A DNA stretch of 64,000 nucleotides from the human T2T-CHM13v2.0 reference genome, Homo sapiens: the NCBI RefSeq assembly GCF_009914755.1, contig NC_060940.1; one strand, written 5' to 3'. Shown one piece after another: positions 11,501 to 24,800 of the stretch (within the stretch, counting starts at the first letter, position 1; each line of letters starts with the position of its first letter). A model generated the notes under the pieces. The model ran no database searches and was not told the DNA's origin. It saw only the letters and a list, made by a program, of their open reading frames with translations. The translations under genes were made by a program, and so were the position numbers.

Positions 11501-14500
11501 TTTAGACAGAGCAGATTTGAAAGTCTCTTTTTGTGGAATTTGCAAGTGGAGATTTCAAGCGCTTTGAGGCCAAAAGCAGAAAAGGAAATATTTTCCTATA
11601 AAAACTCGACAGAATCTTTCTCAGAAACTGCTCTGGGATGTGTGCGTTCAACTCACAGAGTTTAACTTTTCTTTTCATTCAGCAGTTTGGAAACACTCTG
11701 TTTGGAAAGTCTGCACGTGGATATTTTGACCTCTTTGAGGCCTTCGTTGGAAACGGGTTTTTTTCATGTAAGGCTAGACAGAAGAAATCTCAGTAACTTC
11801 CTTGTGTTGTGTGTATTCAACTGACAGAGTTGAACCTTCCTTTAGACAGAGCAGATTCGAAACACTCTTTTTCTGCAATTTGCAAGTGGAGACTTCAAGC
11901 GCTTTGAGGCCAAAGGCAGAAAAGGAAATATCTTCGTATAAAAACCCGACAGAATCATTCTCAGAAACTGCTCTGTGATGTGTGCGTTCAACTCACAGAG
12001 TTTAACTTTTCTTTTCATTCAGCAGTTTGGAAACACTCTGTTTGTAAAGTCTGCAAGTGGATATCTTGGCCTCTTAGAGGCCTTCGTTGGAAACGGGTTT
12101 TTTCATGTAAGGATAGACACAGGAATTCCCAGTAACTTCCTTGTGTTGTGTGCATTCAACTCACAGAGTTGAATGACTCTTTACACAGAGCAGTTTTGAG
12201 ACACTCTTTTGGTGGAATTTGTAAGTGGAGAATTCAGCCGCTTTGAGGTCAACGGTAGAAAAGGAAATATCTTCGTATAAAAACTAGACAGAATGATTCT
12301 CAGAAACTGTTTTGTGATGTGTGCGTTCAACTCACAGAGTTTAACCTTTCTTTTCAAAGAGCAGTTAGGAAACACTCTGTTTGTAAAGTCTGCAAGAGGA
12401 TATTCAGACCTCTTTGAGGCCTTCGTTGGAAACGGGATTTCTTCATATTATGCTAGACAGATGAATTCTCAGTAACTTCCTTGTGTTGTGTGTATTCAAC
12501 TCACAGAGTTGAACGATCCTTTACACAGAGCAGATTTGAAACACTGTTTTTCTGGAATTTGCAAGTGGAGATTTCAGCCGCTTTGAGGTCAATGGTAGAA
12601 AAGGAAATATCTTCGTATAAAAACTAGACAGAATGATTCTCAGAAACTCCTTTGTGATGTGTGCGTTCAACTCACAGAGTTTAACCTTTCTTTTCACAGA
12701 GCAGTTAGGAAACACTCTGTTTGTGAAGCCTGCCAGTGGATATTCGGACCTCTTTGAGGCCTTCGTTGGAAACGGGATTTCTTCATATTATGATAGACAG
12801 AAGATTTCTCAGTAACTTCTTTGTGTTGTGTGTATGCAACTCACAGAGTTCAACCTTCCTTTAGACAGAGCAGATTTGAAACACTCTTTTTGTGGAATTT
12901 GCAAGTGGAGATTTCAAGCGCTTCGATGCCAATGGTAGAAAAGGAAATATCTTCGTATAAAAACAAGACAAACTCGTTCCCAGACACTGCGTAGTGATGT
13001 GTGTGTTTAACTCACTGAGTTTCACCTTTCTTTTCATACAGCATTCTGGAAACCCTCTGTTTGTAAAGTCTGCAAGTGGATATTTGGACCTCTTAGATGC
13101 CTTCGTTGGAAACGGGATTTCTTCATATAATGCTAGAGGGAAGAATTCTTAGTAACTTCTTTGTGTTGTGTGTATTCAACTGACAGAGTTGAACCTTCCT
13201 TTAGACAGAGCAGATTTGAAAGTCTCTTTTTGTGGAATTTGCAAGTGGAGATTTCAAGCGCTTTGAGGCCAAAAGCAAAAAAGGAAATATTTTCCTATAA
13301 AAACTCGACAGAATCTTTCTCAGAAACTGCTCTGGGATGTGTGCGTTCAACTCACAGAGTTTAACTTTTCTTTTCATTCAGCAGTTTGGAAACACTCTGT
13401 TTGGAAAGTCTGCACGTGGATATTTTGACCTCTTTGAGGCCTTCGTTGGAAACGGGTTTTTTTCATGTAAGGCTAGACAGAAGAAATCTCAGTAACTTCC
13501 TTGTGTTGTGTGTATTCAACTGACAGAGTTGAACCTTCCTTTAGACAGAGCAGATTCGAAACACTCTTTTTCTGCAATTTGCAAGTGGAGACTTCAAGCG
13601 CTTTGAGGCCAAAGGCAGAAAAGGAAATATCTTCGTATAAAAACCCGACAGAATCATTCTCAGAAACTGCTCTGTGATGTGTGCGTTCAACTCACAGAGT
13701 TTAACTTTTCTTTTCATTCAGCAGTTTGGAAACACTCTGTTTGTAAAGTCTGCAAGTGGATATCTTGGCCTCTTAGAGGCCTTCGTTGGAAACGGGTTTT
13801 TTCATGTAAGGATAGACACAGGAATTCCCAGTAACTTCCTTGTGTTGTGTGCATTCAACTCACAGAGTTGAATGACTCTTTACACAGAGCAGTTTTGAGA
13901 CACTCTTTTGGTGGAATTTGTAAGTGGAGAATTCAGCCGCTTTGAGGTCAACGGTAGAAAAGGAAATATCTTCGTATAAAAACTAGACAGAATGATTCTC
14001 AGAAACTGTTTTGTGATGTGTGCGTTCAACTCACAGAGTTTAACCTTTCTTTTCAAAGAGCAGTTAGGAAACACTCTGTTTGTAAAGTCTGCAAGAGGAT
14101 ATTCAGACCTCTTTGAGGCCTTCGTTGGAAACGGGATTTCTTCATATTATGCTAGACAGATGAATTCTCAGTAACTTCCTTGTGTTGTGTGTATTCAACT
14201 CACAGAGTTGAACGATCCTTTACACAGAGCAGATTTGAAACACTGTTTTTCTGGAATTTGCAAGTGGAGATTTCAGCCGCTTTGAGGTCAATGGTAGAAA
14301 AGGAAATATCTTCGTATAAAAACTAGACAGAATGATTCTCAGAAACTCCTTTGTGATGTGTGCGTTCAACTCACAGAGTTTAACCTTTCTTTTCACAGAG
14401 CAGTTAGGAAACACTCTGTTTGTGAAGCCTGCCAGTGGATATTCGGACCTCTTTGAGGCCTTCGTTGGAAACGGGATTTCTTCATATTATGCTAGACAGA

Positions 14501-17500
14501 AGATTTCTCAGTAACTTCTTTGTGTTGTGTGTATGCAACTCACAGAGTTCAACCTTCCTTTAGACAGAGCAGATTTGAAACACTCTTTTTGTGGAATTTG
14601 CAAGTGGAGATTTCAAGCGCTTCGATGCCAATGGTAGAAAAGGAAATATCTTCGTATAAAAACAAGACAAACTCGTTCCCAGACACTGCGTAGTGATGTG
14701 TGTGTTTAACTCACAGAGTTTCACCTTTCTTTTCATACAGCATTCTGGAAACCCTCTGTTTGTAAAGTCTGCAAGTGGATATTTGGACCTCTTAGATGCC
14801 TTCGTTGGAAACGGGATTTCTTCATATAATGCTAGAGGGAAGAATTCTTAGTAACTTCTTTGTGTTGTGTGTATTCAACTGACAGAGTTGAACCTTCCTT
14901 TAGACAGAGCAGATTTGAAAGTCTCTTTTTGTGGAATTTGCAAGTGGAGATTTCAAGCGCTTTGAGGCCAAAAGCAGAAAAGGAAATATTTTCCTATAAA
15001 AACTCGACAGAATCTTTCTCAGAAACTGCTCTGGGATGTGTGCGTTCAACTCACAGAGTTTAACTTTTCTTTTCATTCAGCAGTTTGGAAACACTCTGTT
15101 TGGAAAGTCTGCACGTGGATATTTTGACCTCTTTGAGGCCTTCGTTGGAAACGGGTTTTTTTCATGTAAGGCTAGACAGAAGAAATCTCAGTAACTTCCT
15201 TGTGTTGTGTGTATTCAACTGACAGAGTTGAACCTTCCTTTAGACAGAGCAGATTCGAAACACTCTTTTTCTGCAATTTGCAAGTGGAGACTTCAAGCGC
15301 TTTGAGGCCAAAGGCAGAAAAGGAAATATCTTCGTATAAAAACCCGACAGAATCATTCTCAGAAACTGCTCTGTGATGTGTGCGTTCAACTCACAGAGTT
15401 TAACTTTTCTTTTCATTCAGCAGTTTGGAAACACTCTGTTTGTAAAGTCTGCAAGTGGATATCTTGGCCTCTTAGAGGCCTTCGTTGGAAACGGGTTTTT
15501 TCATGTAAGGATAGACAGAGGAATTCCCAGTAACTTCCTTGTGTTGTGTGCATTCAACTCACAGAGTTGAATGACTCTTTACACAGAGCAGATTTGAGAC
15601 ACTCTTTTGGTGGAATTTGTAAGTGGAGAATTCAGCCGCTTTGAGGTCAACGGTAGAAAAGGAAATATCTTCGTATAAAAACTAGACAGAATGATTCTCA
15701 GAAACTGTTTTGTGATGTGTGCGTTCAACTCACAGAGTTTAACCTTTCTTTTCAAAGAGCAGTTAGGAAACACTCTGTTTGTAAAGTCTGCAAGAGGATA
15801 TTCAGACCTCTTTGAGGCCTTCGTTGGAAACGGGATTTCTTCATATTATGCTAGACAGATGAATTCTCAGTAACTTCCTTGTGTTGTGTGTATTCAACTC
15901 ACAGAGTTGAACGATCCTTTACACAGAGCAGATTTGAAACACTGTTTTTCTGGAATTTGCAAGTGGAGATTTCAGCCGCTTTGAGGTCAATGGTAGAAAA
16001 GGAAATATCTTCGTATAAAAACTAGACAGAATGATTCTCAGAAACTCCTTTGTGATGTGTGCGTTCAACTCACAGAGTTTAACCTTTCTTTTCACAGAGC
16101 AGTTAGGAAACACTCTGTTTGTGAAGCCTGCCAGTGGATATTCGGACCTCTTTGAGGCCTTCGTTGGAAACGGGATTTCTTCATATTATGCTATTCAGAA
16201 GATTTCTCAGTAACTTCTTTGTGTTGTGTGTATGCAACTCACAGAGTTCAACCTTCCTTTAGACAGAGCAGATTTGAAACACTCTTTTTGTGGAATTTGC
16301 AAGTGGAGATTTCAAGCGCTTCGATGCCAATGGTAGAAAAGGAAATATCTTCGTATAAAAACAAGACAAACTCGTTCCCAGACACTGCGTAGTGATGTGT
16401 GTGTTTAACTCACAGAGTTTAACCTTTCTTTTCATACAGCATTCTGGAAACCCTGTGTTTGTAAAGTCTGCAAGTGGATATTTGGACCTCTTAGATGCCT
16501 TCGTTGGAAACGGGATTTCTTCATATAATGCTAGAGGGAAGAATTCTTAGTAACTTCTTTGTGTTGTGTGTATTCAACTGACAGAGTTGAACCTTCCTTT
16601 AGACAGAGCAGATTTGAAAGTCTCTTTTTGTGGAATTTGCAAGTGGAGATTTCAAGCGCTTTGAGGCCAAAAGCAGAAAAGGAAATATTTTCCTATAAAA
16701 ACTCGACAGAATCTTTCTCAGAAACTGCTCTGGGATGTGTGCGTTCAACTCACAGAGTTTAACTTTTCTTTTCATTCAGCAGTTTGGAAACACTCTGTTT
16801 GGAAAGTCTGCACGTGGATATTTTGACCTCTTTGAGGCCTTCGTTGGAAACGGGTTTTTTTCATGTAAGGCTAGACAGAAGAAATCTCAGTAACTTCCTT
16901 GTGTTGTGTGTATTCAACTGACAGAGTTGAACCTTCCTTTAGACAGAGCAGATTCGAAACACTCTTTTTCTGCAATTTGCAAGTGGAGACTTCAAGCGCT
17001 TTGAGGCCAAAGGCAGAAAAGGAAATATCTTCGTATAAAAACCCGACAGAATCATTCTCAGAAACTGCTCTGTGATGTGTGCGTTCAACTCACAGAGTTT
17101 AACTTTTCTTTTCATTCAGCAGTTTGGAAACACTCTGTTTGTAAAGTCTGCAAGTGGATATCTTGGCCTCTTAGAGGCCTTCGTTGGAAACGGGTTTTTT
17201 CATGTAAGGATAGACAGAGGAATTCCCAGTAACTTCCTTGTGTTGTGTGCATTCAACTCACAGAGTTGAATGATTCTTTACACAGAGCAGATTTGAGACA
17301 CTCTTTTGGTGGAATTTGTAAGTGGAGAATTCAGCCGCTTTGAGGTCAACGGTAGAAAAGGAAATATCTTCGTATAAAAACTAGACAGAATGATTCTCAG
17401 AAACTGTTTTGTGATGTGTGCGTTCAACTCACAGAGTTTAACCTTTCTTTTCAAAGAGCAGTTAGGAAACACTCTGTTTGTAAAGTCTGCAAGTGGATAT

Positions 17501-19556
17501 TCAGACCTCTTTGAGGCCTTCGTTGGAAACGGGATTTCTTCATATTATGCTAGACAGATGAATTCTCAGTAACTTCCTTGTGTTGTGTGTATTCAACTCA
17601 CAGAGTTGAACGATCCTTTACACAGAGCAGATTTGAAACACTGTTTTTCTGGAATTTGCAAGTGGAGATTTCAGCCGCTTTGAGGTCAATGGTAGAAAAG
17701 GAAATATCTTCGTATAAAAACTAGACAGAATGATTCTCAGAAACTCCTTTGTGATGTGTGCGTTCAACTCACAGGGTTTAACCTTTCTTTTCACAGAGCA
17801 GTTAGGAAACACTCTGTTTGTGAAGCCTGCCAGTGGATATTCGGACCTCTTTGAGGCCTTCGTTGGAAACGGGATTTCTTCATATTATGCTAGACAGAAG
17901 ATTTCTCAGTAACTTCTTTGTGTTGTGTGTATGCAACTCACAGAGTTCAACCTTCCTTTAGACAGAGCAGATTTGAAACACTCTTTTTGTGGAATTTGCA
18001 AGTGGAGATTTCAAGCGCTTCGATGCCAATGGTAGAAAAGGAAATATCTTCGTATAAAAACAAGACAAACTCGTTCCCAGACACTGCGTAGTGATGTGTG
18101 TGTTTAACTCACAGAGTTTCACCTTTCTTTTCATACAGCATTCTGGAAACCCTCTGTTTGTAAAGTCTGCAAGTGGATATTTGGACCTCTTAGATGCCTT
18201 CGTTGCAAACGGGATTTCTTCATATAATGCTAGAGGGAAGAATTCTTAGTAACTTCTTTGTGTTGTGTGTATTCAACTGACAGAGTTGAACCTTCCTTTA
18301 GACAGAGCAGATTTGAAAGTCTCTTTTTGTGGAATTTGCAAGTGGAGATTTCAAGCGCTTTGAGGCCAAAAGCAGAAAAGGAAATATTTTCCTATAAAAA
18401 CTCGACAGAATCTTTCTCAGAAACTGCTCTGGGATGTGTGCGTTCAACTCACAGAGTTTAACTTTTCTTTTCATTCAGCAGTTTGGAAACACTCTGTTTG
18501 GAAAGTCTGCACGTGGATATTTTGACCTCTTTGAGGCCTTCGTTGGAAACGGGTTTTTTTCATGTAAGGCTAGACAGAAGAAATCTCAGTAACTTCCTTG
18601 TGTTGTGTGTATTCAACTGACAGAGTTGAACCTTCCTTTAGACAGAGCAGATTCGAAACACTCTTTTTCTGCAATTTGCAAGTGGAGACTTCAAGCGCTT
18701 TGAGGCCAAAGGCAGAAAAGGAAATATCTTCGTATAAAAACCCGACAGAATCATTCTCAGAAACTGCTCTGTGATGTGTGCGTTCAACTCACAGAGTTTA
18801 ACTTTTCTTTTCATTCAGCAGTTTGGAAACACTCTGTTTGTAAAGTCTGCAAGTGGATATCTTGGCCTCTTAGAGGCCTTCGTTGGAAACGGGTTTTTTC
18901 ATGTAAGGTTAGACAGAGGAATTCCCAGTAACTTCCTTGTGTTGTGTGCATTCAACTCACAGAGTTGAATGATTCTTTACACAGAGCAGTTTTGAGACAC
19001 TCTTTTGGTGGAATTTGTAAGTGGAGAATTCAGCCGCTTTGATGTCAACGGTAGAAAAGGAAATATCTTCGTATAAAAACTAGACAGAATGATTCTCAGA
19101 AACTGTTTTGTGATGTGTGCGTTCAACTCACAGAGTTTAACCTTTCTTTTCAAAGAGCAGTTAGGAAACACTCTGTTTGTAAAGTCTGCAAGTGGATATT
19201 CAGACCTCTTTGAGGCCTTCGTTGGAAACGGGATTTCTTCATATTATGCTAGACAGATGAATTCTCAGTAACTTCCTTGTGTTGTGTGTATTCAACTCAC
19301 AGAGTTGAACGATCCTTTACACAGAGCAGATTTGAAACACTGTTTTTCTGGAATTTGCAAGTGGAGATTTCAGCCGCTTTGAGGTCAATGGTAGAAAAGG
19401 AAATATCTTCGTATAAAAACTAGACAGAATGATTCTCAGAAACTCCTTTGTGATGTGTGCGTTCAACTCACAGGGTTTAACCTTTCTTTTCACAGAGCAG
19501 TTAGGAAACACTCTGTTTGTGAAGCCTGCCAGTGGATATTCGGACCTCTTTGAGGC

Positions 19557-19573
19557 CTTCCTTGGAAACGGGA
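19557..19573 (+). promoter_or_regulatory. Mutated CENP-B box (predicted non-binding)
   Basis: CTTCCTTGGAAACGGGA: G>C at 19561 destroys the essential TTCG. Confidence 0.85.
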
Positions 19574-20469
19574 TTTCTTCATATTATGCTAGACAGAAGA
19601 TTTCTCAGTAACTTCTTTGTGTTGTGTGTATGCAACTCACAGAGTTCAACCTTCCTTTAGACAGAGCAGATTTGAAACACTCTTTTTGTGGAATTTGCAA
19701 GTGGAGATTTCAAGCGCTTCGATGCCAATGGTAGAAAAGGAAATATCTTCGTATAAAAACAAGACAAACTCGTTCCCAGACACTGCGTAGTGATGTGTGT
19801 GTTTAACTCACAGAGTTTCACCTTTCTTTTCATACAGCATTCTGGAAACCCTCTGTTTGTAAAGTCTGCAAGTGGATATTTGGACCTCTTAGATGCCTTC
19901 GTTGCAAACGGGATTTCTTCATATAATGCTAGAGGGAAGAATTCTTAGTAACTTCTTTGTGTTGTGTGTATTCAACTGACAGAGTTGAACCTTCCTTTAG
20001 ACAGAGCAGATTTGAAAGTCTCTTTTTGTGGAATTTGCAAGTGGAGATTTCAAGCGCTTTGAGGCCAAAAGCAGAAAAGGAAATATTTTCCTATAAAAAC
20101 TCGACAGAATCTTTCTCAGAAACTGCTCTGGGATGTGTGCGTTCAACTCACAGAGTTTAACTTTTCTTTTCATTCAGCAGTTTGGAAACACTCTGTTTGG
20201 AAAGTCTGCACGTGGATATTTTGACCTCTTTGAGGCCTTCGTTGGAAACGGGTTTTTTTCATGTAAGGCTAGACAGAAGAAATCTCAGTAACTTCCTTGT
20301 GTTGTGTGTATTCAACTGACAGAGTTGAACCTTCCTTTAGACAGAGCAGATTCGAAACACTCTTTTTCTGCAATTTGCAAGTGGAGACTTCAAGCGCTTT
20401 GAGGCCAAAGGCAGAAAAGGAAATATCTTCGTATAAAAACCCGACAGAATCATTCTCAGAAACTGCTCT

Positions 20470-21828
20470 GTGATGTGTGCGTTCAACTCACAGAGTTTAA
20501 CTTTTCTTTTCATTCAGCAGTTTGGAAACACTCTGTTTGTAAAGTCTGCAAGTGGATATCTTGGCCTCTTAGAGGCCTTCGTTGGAAACGGGTTTTTTCA
20601 TGTAAGGTTAGACAGAGGAATTCCCAGTAACTTCCTTGTGTTGTGTGCATTCAACTCACAGAGTTGAATGATTCTTTACACAGAGCAGTTTTGAGACACT
20701 CTTTTGGTGGAATTTGTAAGTGGAGAATTCAGCCGCTTTGATGTCAACGGTAGAAAAGGAAATATCTTCGTATAAAAACTAGACAGAATGATTCTCAGAA
20801 ACTGTTTTGTGATGTGTGCGTTCAACTCACAGAGTTTAACCTTTCTTTTCACAGAGCAGTTAGGAAACACTCTGTTTGTGAAGCCTGCCAGTGGATATTC
20901 GGACCTCTTTGAGGCCTTCGTTGGAAACGGGATTTCTTCATATTATGCTAGACAGAAGATTTCTCAGTAACTTCTTTGTGTTGTGTGTATGCAACTCACA
21001 GAGTTCAACCTTCCTTTAGACAGAGCAGATTTGAAACACTCTTTTTGTGGAATTTGCAAGTGGAGATTTCAAGCGCTTCGATGCCAATGGTAGAAAAGGA
21101 AATATCTTCGTATAAAAACAAGACAAACTCGTTCCCAGACACTGCGTAGTGATGTGTGTGTTTAACTCACAGAGTTTCACCTTTCTTTTCATACAGCATT
21201 CTGGAAACCCTCTGTTTGTAAAGTCTGCAAGTGGATATTTGGACCTCTTAGATGCCTTCGTTGGAAACGGGATTTCTTCATATAATGCTAGAGGGAAGAA
21301 TTCTTAGTAACTTCTTTGTGTTGTGTGTATTCAACTGACAGAGTTGAACCTTCCTTTAGACAGAGCAGATTTGAAAGTCTCTTTTTGTGGAATTTGCAAG
21401 TGGAGATTTCAAGCGCTTTGAGGCCAAAAGCAGAAAAGGAAATATTTTCCTATAAAAACTCGACAGAATCTTTCTCAGAAACTGCTCTGGGATGTGTGCG
21501 TTCAACTCACAGAGTTTAACTTTTCTTTTCATTCAGCAGTTTGGAAACACTCTGTTTGGAAAGTCTGCACGTGGATATTTTGACCTCTTTGAGGCCTTCG
21601 TTGGAAACGGGTTTTTTTCATGTAAGGCTAGACAGAAGAAATCTCAGTAACTTCCTTGTGTTGTGTGTATTCAACTGACAGAGTTGAACCTTCCTTTAGA
21701 CAGAGCAGATTCGAAACACTCTTTTTCTGCAATTTGCAAGTGGAGACTTCAAGCGCTTTGAGGCCAAAGGCAGAAAAGGAAATATCTTCGTATAAAAACC
21801 CGACAGAATCATTCTCAGAAACTGCTCT
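20470..21828 (+). repeat. 8-mer HOR structural variant (1359 bp, one dimer deleted), no. 1
   Basis: Period is 1359 = 1699-340. A hybrid monomer joins ACTGTTTTGTG (20801-20811) to TTTTCACAGAGCAG...GTGAAGCCTGCC, with the crossover in 20806-20851. Confidence 0.93.
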
Positions 21829-24800
21829 GTGATGTGTGCGTTCAACTCACAGAGTTTAACTTTTCTTTTCATTCAGCAGCTTGGAAACACTCTGTTTGTA
21901 AAGTCTGCAAGTGGATATCTTGGCCTCTTAGAGGCCTTCGTTGGAAACGGGTTTTTTCATGTAAGGATAGACAGAGGAATTCCCAGTAACTTCCTTGTGT
22001 TGTGTGCATTCAACTCACAGAGTTGAATGACTCTTTACACAGAGCAGATTTGAGACACTCTTTTGGTGGAATTTGTAAGTGGAGAATTCAGCCGCTTTGA
22101 GGTCAACGGTAGAAAAGGAAATATCTTCGTATAAAAACTAGACAGAATGATTCTCAGAAACTGTTTTGTGATGTGTGCGTTCAACTCACAGAGTTTAACC
22201 TTTCTTTTCAAAGAGCAGTTAGGAAACACTCTGTTTGTAAAGTCTGCAAGAGGATATTCAGACCTCTTTGAGGCCTTCGTTGGAAACGGGATTTCTTCAT
22301 ATTATGCTAGACAGATGAATTCTCAGTAACTTCCTTGTGTTGTGTGTATTCAACTCACAGAGTTGAACGATCCTTTACACAGAGCAGATTTGAAACACTG
22401 TTTTTCTGGAATTTGCAAGTGGAGATTTCAGCCGCTTTGAGGTCAATGGTAGAAAAGGAAATATCTTCGTATAAAAACTAGACAGAATGATTCTCAGAAA
22501 CTCCTTTGTGATGTGTGCGTTCAACTCACAGAGTTTAACCTTTCTTTTCACAGAGCAGTTAGGAAACACTCTGTTTGTGAAGCCTGCCAGTGGATATTCG
22601 GACCTCTTTGAGGCCTTCGTTGGAAACGGGATTTCTTCATATTATGCTATTCAGAAGATTTCTCAGTAACTTCTTTGTGTTGTGTGTATGCAACTCACAG
22701 AGTTCAACCTTCCTTTAGACAGAGCAGATTTGAAACACTCTTTTTGTGGAATTTGCAAGTGGAGATTTCAAGCGCTTCGATGCCAATGGTAGAAAAGGAA
22801 ATATCTTCGTATAAAAACAAGACAAACTCGTTCCCAGACACTGCGTAGTGATGTGTGTGTTTAACTCACAGAGTTTAACCTTTCTTTTCATACAGCATTC
22901 TGGAAACCCTGTGTTTGTAAAGTCTGCAAGTGGATATTTGGACCTCTTAGATGCCTTCGTTGGAAACGGGATTTCTTCATATAATGCTAGAGGGAAGAAT
23001 TCTTAGTAACTTCTTTGTGTTGTGTGTATTCAACTGACAGAGTTGAACCTTCCTTTAGACAGAGCAGATTTGAAAGTCTCTTTTTGTGGAATTTGCAAGT
23101 GGAGATTTCAAGCGCTTTGAGGCCAAAAGCAGAAAAGGAAATATTTTCCTATAAAAACTCGACAGAATCTTTCTCAGAAACTGCTCTGGGATGTGTGCGT
23201 TCAACTCACAGAGTTTAACTTTTCTTTTCATTCAGCAGTTTGGAAACACTCTGTTTGGAAAGTCTGCACGTGGATATTTTGACCTCTTTGAGGCCTTCGT
23301 TGGAAACGGGTTTTTTTCATGTAAGGCTAGACAGAAGAAATCTCAGTAACTTCCTTGTGTTGTGTGTATTCAACTGACAGAGTTGAACCTTCCTTTAGAC
23401 AGAGCAGATTCGAAACACTCTTTTTCTGCAATTTGCAAGTGGAGACTTCAAGCGCTTTGAGGCCAAAGGCAGAAAAGGAAATATCTTCGTATAAAAACCC
23501 GACAGAATCATTCTCAGAAACTGCTCTGTGATGTGTGCGTTCAACTCACAGAGTTTAACTTTTCTTTTCATTCAGCAGTTTGGAAACACTCTGTTTGTAA
23601 AGTCTGCAAGTGGATATCTTGGCCTCTTAGAGGCCTTCGTTGGAAACGGGTTTTTTCATGTAAGGATAGACAGAGGAATTCCCAGTAACTTCCTTGTGTT
23701 GTGTGCATTCAACTCACAGAGTTGAATGATTCTTTACACAGAGCAGATTTGAGACACTCTTTTGGTGGAATTTGTAAGTGGAGAATTCAGCCGCTTTGAG
23801 GTCAACGGTAGAAAAGGAAATATCTTCGTATAAAAACTAGACAGAATGATTCTCAGAAACTGTTTTGTGATGTGTGCGTTCAACTCACAGAGTTTAACCT
23901 TTCTTTTCAAAGAGCAGTTAGGAAACACTCTGTTTGTAAAGTCTGCAAGTGGATATTCAGACCTCTTTGAGGCCTTCGTTGGAAACGGGATTTCTTCATA
24001 TTATGCTAGACAGATGAATTCTCAGTAACTTCCTTGTGTTGTGTGTATTCAACTCACAGAGTTGAACGATCCTTTACACAGAGCAGATTTGAAACACTGT
24101 TTTTCTGGAATTTGCAAGTGGAGATTTCAGCCGCTTTGAGGTCAATGGTAGAAAAGGAAATATCTTCGTATAAAAACTAGACAGAATGATTCTCAGAAAC
24201 TCCTTTGTGATGTGTGCGTTCAACTCACAGGGTTTAACCTTTCTTTTCACAGAGCAGTTAGGAAACACTCTGTTTGTGAAGCCTGCCAGTGGATATTCGG
24301 ACCTCTTTGAGGCCTTCGTTGGAAACGGGATTTCTTCATATTATGCTAGACAGAAGATTTCTCAGTAACTTCTTTGTGTTGTGTGTATGCAACTCACAGA
24401 GTTCAACCTTCCTTTAGACAGAGCAGATTTGAAACACTCTTTTTGTGGAATTTGCAAGTGGAGATTTCAAGCGCTTCGATGCCAATGGTAGAAAAGGAAA
24501 TATCTTCGTATAAAAACAAGACAAACTCGTTCCCAGACACTGCGTAGTGATGTGTGTGTTTAACTCACAGAGTTTCACCTTTCTTTTCATACAGCATTCT
24601 GGAAACCCTCTGTTTGTAAAGTCTGCAAGTGGATATTTGGACCTCTTAGATGCCTTCGTTGCAAACGGGATTTCTTCATATAATGCTAGAGGGAAGAATT
24701 CTTAGTAACTTCTTTGTGTTGTGTGTATTCAACTGACAGAGTTGAACCTTCCTTTAGACAGAGCAGATTTGAAAGTCTCTTTTTGTGGAATTTGCAAGTG

